A stretch of 64,000 bases of DNA from assembly GCA_964635905.1 (NCBI GenBank), contig CAZWPK010000001.1:288293-352292 (forward strand). Reading direction: 5' to 3'. Below the pieces are notes generated by a model that made no database searches, was not told the DNA's origin, and saw only the letters and a list, made by a program, of their open reading frames with translations. This document shows, one piece after another, positions 58,111-64,000 of this stretch (positions are counted from its first letter, which is position 1; the number at the start of each line of letters is the position of its first letter). The stretch comes from an uncultured Pseudomonadales bacterium (GTDB taxonomy: Bacteria > Patescibacteriota > Microgenomatia > UBA1400 > UBA12028). The translations under genes were made by a program, and so were the position numbers.

Positions 58111-58503
58111 ATGCCCAACTCCATCCAAGAAATCCGATACATAATCGTGGAAGATGATGAGAACTTTCGTCGGAAACTGATCGATGTGTTTTAGCCCCTC
58201 GGCTGGATCTTGGTTACACAACTGACAAGTAAATCTGAGGCTTTAAACTATCTTTCCTCAGATCAGTTCCCTACTGTTCAAGTGGCCTTCGTGGATGGGA
58301 ATCTGAGTCCAGAGTCCCAGGAAGAGTACGATGGGTATGGGGTCATCTCAAACTATAAAAAACAAAATCCAACTTTGATCTGTGTTGGAATTTCCAGTGA
58401 ATTTAACAAACCGTATGGAATTGATGGGTATCTAGGAAAAAATGATGTTGAAAACCAAGCACAACGTATTGATCAATTAGTTCGACAGAGACTTCGAACC
58501 TAA
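58111..58503 (+). pseudogene. Stand-alone response-regulator receiver domain interrupted by one in-frame TAG
   Basis: MPNSIQEIRYIIVEDDENFRRKLIDVF*PLGW...VAFVDGNL...DGY...GISS...LGK; TAG at 58192-58194. Confidence 0.8.
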
Positions 58504-58532
58504 TGTACACATCATATGATTCTTCACTTGAA

Positions 58533-58736
58533 TCATTTTGCTGCCTGAATCCCCTGCCAGTCTTGATAGGTTTTGTCCGGATTTGCATTCTTAAAATCAA
58601 TCCAAGGTTGGTTTAGATTGACGGTACCAGCCATATGACGATTTCCAGCCTCGTCAAGATAGGGACAGTTCTCACAGCCAGAGCCACAGCAGCAGCCTTG
58701 GGCAAGTAATGCATCGATTGGGGTTGCGTCATCCAT
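58533..58736 (-). CDS. Small Cys-rich protein (DUF5522-like)
   Basis: LLAQG.CCGSGCENCPY; AAGGAG RBS. Confidence 0.75.
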   Translation of the reverse strand: MDDATPIDALLAQGCCCGSGCENCPYLDEAGNRHMAGTVNLNQPWIDFKNANPDKTYQDWQGIQAAK

Positions 58737-58748
58737 AGGTTCTCCTTG

Positions 58749-59333
58749 TTACTTTGTTGTGTGGATCAGTTTGTGGACCAATTCTAAAATAGTCTGATCA
58801 GTTTGTATACCCTCGTCCTGGGTGAAGTGTCCGCGGTTGGGAAGGATGGTCACTGATGCATCCAGCGTTGATTGGAACAGTTCTGCATTCTGCAATGATA
58901 CATACGGATCTGTATCAGAGAAGAGTGCCTGAATCTTGTGGGTATGGGAGAGGATCTTTGCGTAATCAATCGGAGTATGGAGCCAAGGCTCGGCGATTCG
59001 TTGCTCTTCAGTCGAAAGATTCTGCAGTGCATACCACCCAGCCACAGATAGTACTCCCCCAACTTTTACCTTTTCTGGTAGGCGCTCAATGTAGCGTAAG
59101 ATGGCCTGTACCCCGACACTGTGACCAATATAAAAGGTAGAAGCGGTAGGCTTTGGAGTTATTGAAGCAATCGTTTCCACCCAGGATCCTATACTAGGAT
59201 GATTGGTATCTGGCATTGCAGGGATCTGGAGATGGATTTTCTGTTTGGAGAGTTCAGCCTGAAGCCAGGGATACCAGTCACTTTCTGGTGTTGCTCCCCA
59301 TCGATGAATGAGAACGAGAGTTGTTTTTGTCAT
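58749..59333 (-). CDS. RBBP9/YdeN-family alpha/beta hydrolase
   Basis: IHRW....DWYPWL, P.MP, GHSVG nucleophile elbow, SDTDPYV, GHF; start 59333. Confidence 0.9.
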   Translation of the reverse strand: MTKTTLVLIHRWGATPESDWYPWLQAELSKQKIHLQIPAMPDTNHPSIGSWVETIASITPKPTASTFYIGHSVGVQAILRYIERLPEKVKVGGVLSVAGWYALQNLSTEEQRIAEPWLHTPIDYAKILSHTHKIQALFSDTDPYVSLQNAELFQSTLDASVTILPNRGHFTQDEGIQTDQTILELVHKLIHTTK

Positions 59334-59356
59334 GAAAAAGTAATGCAATCGTGCAG

Positions 59357-59430
59357 TGCGCCCAGAAAGATTCGAACTTTCGGCCTCTTGTTCCGAAGAC
59401 AAGCGCTCTATCCAGCTGAGCTATGGGCGC
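59357..59430 (-). tRNA. tRNA-Arg(TCG)
   Basis: GCGCCCA/TGGGCGC, CTTGT-CT-TCG-GA-ACAAG, GTTCGAATC. Confidence 0.96.
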
Positions 59431-59441
59431 AAGGATCTGGG

Positions 59442-59515
59442 TGGTGGGAACAGGAGTCGAACCTGTGTCTCAGGTTTTTCAGACCTGCGCCTTGAACCGC
59501 GTTGACCATCCCACC
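59442..59515 (-). tRNA. tRNA-Phe(GAA), atypical D-arm
   Basis: GGTGGGA/TCCCACC, CAGGT-CT-GAA-AA-ACCTG, GGTTCGACTCC. Confidence 0.9.
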
Positions 59516-59535
59516 AATGAGATGAAGTATTACTG

Positions 59536-59608
59536 TGGGCCCTGAGGGGCTCGAACCCCCGACCTACCGGATGTAAACCGGGCGCTCTACCAGCTGAGCT
59601 AAGAGCCC
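59536..59608 (-). tRNA. tRNA-Val(TAC)
   Basis: GGGCTCT/AGGGCCC, CCGG-TT-TAC-AT-CCGG, GGTTCGAGCCC. Confidence 0.96.
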
Positions 59609-59614
59609 TGATTG

Positions 59615-59696
59615 TGCCCAGGAGAGGACTTGAACCTCCAAGGATTGCTCCACACGCACCTCAAGCGTGCGCGTCTGCCAATTTCGCCACCTGGGC
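59615..59696 (-). tRNA. tRNA-Leu(GAG)
   Basis: GCCCAGG/CCTGGGC, CACGC-TT-GAG-GT-GCGTG, long variable arm. Confidence 0.96.
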
Positions 59697-59789
59697 AATA
59701 AGAGGATATTATACGGATAGAAGACTTGTTTTGAAAGAGGAGGTCTGGAACACAAGACAGAGTTCAAGAAATTGCGCAATGGGATGATA

Positions 59790-60044
59790 CTATTGGCGCC
59801 ACAGTTTCTGGTTATCAAAAATCTTTGGAATGGTTATCGTACCATTCTCAAGACCAAAGTAGGCAAATGTGTTTTCTACTAACACAAGTTTTCTAACGAG
59901 AGAAGGAGGGATTGGATACTTTTTCCCCTCATGCATTAGATAATAATGGGTGCTTTTTTCTACACCCGTTGCACTTTCTGAAATAATGCGACCTTTACGA
60001 AGTCCTGATTCAATCATATTTTTCTCCCGCACTACACTACGCAA
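59790..60044 (-). CDS. Hypothetical protein (start uncertain)
   Basis: 84-aa ORF with TTG start; protein-like composition only. Confidence 0.4.
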   Translation of the reverse strand: MRSVVREKNMIESGLRKGRIISESATGVEKSTHYYLMHEGKKYPIPPSLVRKLVLVENTFAYFGLENGTITIPKIFDNQKLWRQ

Positions 60045-60200
60045 CGACTTCCTTTCTGAAACAAGCTAACAAATTTCAGAAGGATTCAGCGATAGAATAA
60101 CATAGACGTTCGGAAAACTACGTAAGAATAGTATGGATAGAAAATATACCTGGATTGAAGTCTGCCGATCTAGGATCTGGACCCTATTTTGAGTTATCCG

Positions 60201-60758
60201 CTAGACAGGCTCTCCCAAAAATATCGATGTCTTTGCATCAAGAATCCGTTGGGAGTGTTGTGTGTGCACTTGTACGAAGATGACACCTTCTGCCACTTTG
60301 CTTGATTCATAAGATGGACCAAGTTCTACGCTGAGCTGCTTTGCTGGTGTCCATCCACATTTATGCTAAAACTCAGAGTTTTTAGGTTCGCAAATAAGTA
60401 TGGAGAAATCGGCAGAGAATTGGCTCATCGTTTGACTGTAGATTGAGAGCATTTCTCGACCGAATCCCCTGCCTTGGAATCTAGGATGAACACAAAGCTC
60501 ACCGACATAGTTTGCTTGTAGAGTTTGCTTCTGTACAACGATAGTTCGGATGACCGAGAGCAAGTGAGCCACGATCGAGAGATCATCAAAGAGTACCAAA
60601 CGTTGAGGAGATAACTGTTTGTCTTCAAAAGGATAGATACTGTCCACTAAATTCTCTGGAAAGAAAATTGAATTTAGAAATGCAATAGTTTGCCGTTGTG
60701 ACAAGGAAAGATTCTTATCCTCTATCCACAGCAATTGCGGTGATTCAGTTCTTTTCAT
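60201..60758 (-). pseudogene. GNAT acetyltransferase interrupted by one in-frame TAG
   Basis: VGELCVHPRFQGRGFG motif A; EF*HKCGW places TAG (60366-60368) at the Tyr of FYxxxGW; 54 more sense codons to a stop at 60201. Confidence 0.82.
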
Positions 60759-60796
60759 TCAGTGAGGTTCCCTGTTATGAATGAAGCGTGTTGTTG

Positions 60797-60878
60797 TGCC
60801 CGGAAGAGGACTTGAACCTCCATGGATTGCTCCACACGCTCCTGAAGCGTGCGCGTCTGCCAGTTTCGCCATCCGGGC
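60797..60878 (-). tRNA. tRNA-Leu(CAG)
   Basis: GCCCGGA/TCCGGGC, CACGC-TT-CAG-GA-GCGTG, long variable arm. Confidence 0.96.
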
Positions 60879-60956
60879 AAGATCCTTATTGTATCAAGAA
60901 AAAGTATGGATTGATTAGTCTGCTTTCAGAAATCGACTATACATGACTATCCGAAA

Positions 60957-61367
60957 TTATTCTTCCGTAGCGTGTTTGACAATTCCATCGGGGAACAGTT
61001 CTAAGGTTAACAGAAGGTTGTCTGCGGCATCATATTGGAAACTAAACACTCGTGGATGTTCTGTAGTACCTGTTGCATATGTAATCACAGAGATAGCTTC
61101 TGGTAATCGGATGAGACGATAGAGTTGGGTTCGTCTGCCCTGCTCCCACTCAACTATAACCATGATCTCATCGGTACCAAGGACTGGTTCTGATTCCACA
61201 TGAAGTAATGCATAATTAGCCGGCATATTTGCTCGTAGTTCATTGCGTTGTGGTTCTGATTGCGACAAGTTAGAGCATGCGGAGAGAACTCCGGAAACAA
61301 GTATTCCACTGACTGTGAGTAGACGTTCCGTTGTGTTAAGGTGTCCTTTTTTTTGTTCTGCTGACAT
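60957..61367 (-). CDS. Putative lipoprotein
   Basis: Start MSAEQKK at 61367; hydrophobic stretch ending in the lipobox-like LSAC. Confidence 0.6.
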   Translation of the reverse strand: MSAEQKKGHLNTTERLLTVSGILVSGVLSACSNLSQSEPQRNELRANMPANYALLHVESEPVLGTDEIMVIVEWEQGRRTQLYRLIRLPEAISVITYATGTTEHPRVFSFQYDAADNLLLTLELFPDGIVKHATEE

Positions 61368-61471
61368 AGTCTGTGTAATAGTAATAGATGAACATAGTGT
61401 ACTCCGATCATGGATTTTTGCCAAGTATCTGCTGTTTGGCCTGATTTTTATGCTACAATTACAAAATATTT

Positions 61472-61547
61472 GCGGTAGTAGCTCAGTTGGTAGAGCGTCT
61501 CCTTGCCAAGGAGAAGGTCGCGAGTCCGAGTCTCGTCTACCGCTCCA
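61472..61547 (+). tRNA. tRNA-Gly(GCC)
   Basis: GCGGTAG/CTACCGC, U73 discriminator, encoded CCA, TCTCC-TT-GCC-AA-GGAGA. Confidence 0.96.
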
Positions 61548-61659
61548 TGCGTGTCTAGAATATGTCCCTAAAAGGGATAGACTCGTTGAATTCATTTTCA
61601 CCATCTAGTCTCATTCGGAAAGATTTCGAGTTTTTTGTTATGTGTCGTATACTATCGGG

Positions 61660-62214
61660 ATGTCTGAACATAAAATATCTGTAGCTGGAACAATTGAGAA
61701 TGAAGGTAGACATGTAGGAGTTCTTGGAAACGGATTACTATTAGTAGAAAAACGCAAAACAGGACTTCTAGCACTCCCTGCAGGCCATTTGGGAAATGAA
61801 TTGCCGATTAATGGCATCATTCGAGAAATTGAGGAAGAGACTGGTCTAAAAAGAGCGCAATACACTCTATATCCCCAGCCACTCATCTACACAGTAGTAT
61901 ACCCAACTAAAGTCTCTTTAGGATTGTTATATACTGGGAAAACGATTCATCCGATCCAAAGTCAGGGGTATGAAGTAGATTCTGAGGAAATTTCCTGGGT
62001 TCGACCGTACTCAATTGATGAGCTTCTTCAATTACTTGCACATCCTGAAAAGTTATATAAACCTGAGTTTAATCAGTTGTTTATTGCCCAAATGCTGCTT
62101 GGATGGATCCAACAAAAGTATGCGTTTGAATCACTTTCATTTCAAAAAAGTTTGGCGCTCGACTACGGGATCACCGAGGCACAATTGTTGGGCTTTGCTC
62201 AAGTAAGAGAATAG
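61660..62214 (+). CDS. NUDIX hydrolase
   Basis: LPAGHL.NE......REIEEETGL Nudix box; TATACT 6 nt before the ATG at 61660. Confidence 0.85.
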   Translation: MSEHKISVAGTIENEGRHVGVLGNGLLLVEKRKTGLLALPAGHLGNELPINGIIREIEEETGLKRAQYTLYPQPLIYTVVYPTKVSLGLLYTGKTIHPIQSQGYEVDSEEISWVRPYSIDELLQLLAHPEKLYKPEFNQLFIAQMLLGWIQQKYAFESLSFQKSLALDYGITEAQLLGFAQVRE

Positions 62215-62242
62215 CCCTTTATCCAACATTGTTTTTTTGAAG

Positions 62243-64000
62243 TTAGATCTCGCCTTCCGGCAGCTGCAGCGTTGCACTAGGTGTAGATGGAACAGGTTCC
62301 AGTGATGGAATTGGGGTTGGTATTGGACTCGTCGATGATTGAGGAGTGGGAATAATCGGAGTGACAGTCTGGCCCTCTCCAATACTTTGCTTGCCGGGCT
62401 GCGCAAATAATGCTGTCCATCCAAATAAGAGATCCAATGGAGCTGGTTTTTGTAGGCGGATTGTAAAACCACTAGCAGTTCGCTTCGTGACTAAGAAGGC
62501 AATGTCTTGCGATAGCAATAACTCCTCTGCAGACTCGTCAGATTCTGGAGTGCTCAACAACGTTGCTTGCACAATTGGAGTTACGGAATACGTTTTGCTA
62601 AATGGTACAGTTACCTGATTCGCGCCTGATTTAATTACTGCAGTACCGGCCGAATCGGAAGCAGAGAGAGGAGAGTTTGTATAGGTGACGTCGCCTGCAT
62701 ACGTCGAAGCTCCATTAAAGAGCGTGGTTCCCAGGAACGTGGCGTTTCCCATGACCTGCAATCCCTTCCCTACTTTGAGTAAATTCAAGACAGTAAGGGA
62801 ATTCAGTGTGTGATCTTGTGAATCGGAGAACACCTGCGTCGCACTAGTGGTTGCCGTATATTGCGCCGCCAGAAGCGATGACAGTGTATCTAATCGGTTG
62901 GTAAAGATCTCCATTCCTTCAATGCGATCGGCACGAATTGTTTTGGCGACCAACAAATCCGTGATCACTTGTGGACTGATAATATCGCTATAGGCAACAA
63001 CGCGATCCGCACTTACGGCTGTATTGCTTGTCCGTGTAGCATCTTCTTTTTGAGAGCGAAGGTACTGTAAGATATCCCATTGGAGTGTGGATAAAGAGCT
63101 TGTTGTATTGGACCCTACATCATACTGGCTACTGGTTAATCCTGACTCTTGGTTATTGAGAACCAAGGGATCGTTAGTGCTGATTTCCTTGATGAGGATA
63201 TCGAGCGGGGTTCCTACATAGTCACTTAGGTTGACAAATACCTCGATGACTCCACAGATTTCACCAGGCAATGCATCCGCGGCAGGACACGGTGTTTGAT
63301 TAGCTTGGCTAAGATCAGAGAGAGCAGTTCCCAATACTCTACCCGCTTTAGTTGCACGCATTGCATACCCCGGTACATCAGAAGCGGTTATCCGATCCCC
63401 TGCTTTGATCGGCCCATTTTGGCTGATAACTTTGACTGGAACTCGACCTACTAATGCGACCGCATAGGATTGCTCTTCTTTAGGTCCCAAGACTAGCCCA
63501 GGTGCGGTGGCAACGATTCCTAAGACATCAGCTTGATATGCTCGTTCCGCTTTAGAAACGGCGCCAACTGTTCGTTGGTCTAATCGAACAACAGTACCGG
63601 GTTCCAACTCGCTTTCAGATGTGTAGTATTCTGCCAAGTCGGCCCCTCCAGTAAATCCAACTTCCAAGGCAAGACTCCCAGTGAGTGCGATTCCATCGTT
63701 GATGATTTCAGAGCGAATGTTAAACAATTGATTCGCTAAATAATCGAGTCCTTGACCTAAACGAACATCGCGGGTTTCCAGATACATGTGTGTTTGTGTT
63801 CCGACAACCAGCGCCCGTCCAGACAGGTCGATTGTGCGAATGTTGTCATAGTTCGTGCCTGTCCACACTCCTCCTGCATCATCGGTTTGTTCCGATCCGT
63901 CATGAAACACATCGGCGACGATATTTGGCCCAGCCTGATGGTTATAACAGGTCACTGCTCCACCATCAGCAGCATCATTGGTTCCAACGCACATTTGACG
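62243..64000 (-). CDS. C-terminal part of a large surface protein with an IMC/peptidase G2-like domain (5' end outside the window)
   Basis: GADLAEYY, GIVATAPG..LG, VALVGRVPVKV...NGPIKAGD.IT.S..PGYAM.A; Pro/Thr/Ser-rich tail; frame open to the window edge. Confidence 0.85.
   Translation of the reverse strand, partial: RQMCVGTNDAADGGAVTCYNHQAGPNIVADVFHDGSEQTDDAGGVWTGTNYDNIRTIDLSGRALVVGTQTHMYLETRDVRLGQGLDYLANQLFNIRSEIINDGIALTGSLALEVGFTGGADLAEYYTSESELEPGTVVRLDQRTVGAVSKAERAYQADVLGIVATAPGLVLGPKEEQSYAVALVGRVPVKVISQNGPIKAGDRITASDVPGYAMRATKAGRVLGTALSDLSQANQTPCPAADALPGEICGVIEVFVNLSDYVGTPLDILIKEISTNDPLVLNNQESGLTSSQYDVGSNTTSSLSTLQWDILQYLRSQKEDATRTSNTAVSADRVVAYSDIISPQVITDLLVAKTIRADRIEGMEIFTNRLDTLSSLLAAQYTATTSATQVFSDSQDHTLNSLTVLNLLKVGKGLQVMGNATFLGTTLFNGASTYAGDVTYTNSPLSASDSAGTAVIKSGANQVTVPFSKTYSVTPIVQATLLSTPESDESAEELLLSQDIAFLVTKRTASGFTIRLQKPAPLDLLFGWTALFAQPGKQSIGEGQTVTPIIPTPQSSTSPIPTPIPSLEPVPSTPSATLQLPEGEI

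Overview
64 kb of chromosome from a small-genome bacterium. Gene content and synteny (lgt-dksA-lspA-rluD, shortened YebC, rpmF-nusB-ACP-rnc-rpsP-khpA, a type IV pilus cluster with no secretin, a giant IMC-domain protein) suggest Patescibacteria/CPR, probably Microgenomates (inference). The standard code is used; TAA, TAG and TGA all end conserved genes. Core genes include dnaB, gdhA, queA/tgt, a Xer-type recombinase, gyrB (with a 435-aa HNH intein), ppa, gyrA, holB-like, a 14-gene type IV pilus cluster, recG, tyrS, trpS, uppP, an M32 peptidase and 9 tRNAs (four of them Leu), interspersed with many orphan ORFs. The most interesting signals are non-coding. (1) A transcriptional T-box riboswitch upstream of orf95-trpS has an ultrashort Stem I carrying a UGG specifier. 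(2) A leaderless Tyr-containing leader peptide with a terminator/antiterminator switch sits upstream of tyrS. (3) A second, sequence-related attenuator with a Ser-Ser-Ser leader precedes an uncharacterised gene. Also seen: an ACP-fold protein whose phosphopantetheine serine is replaced by proline, a cysteine-free DksA/TraR, two genes each broken by one TTT-TAG-C amber codon, a single gene bracketed by a 16-bp direct repeat, and many apparently leaderless promoters. No CRISPR array, rRNA, IS element or reverse transcriptase was found. All calls are by-eye motif recognition; no database search was run.
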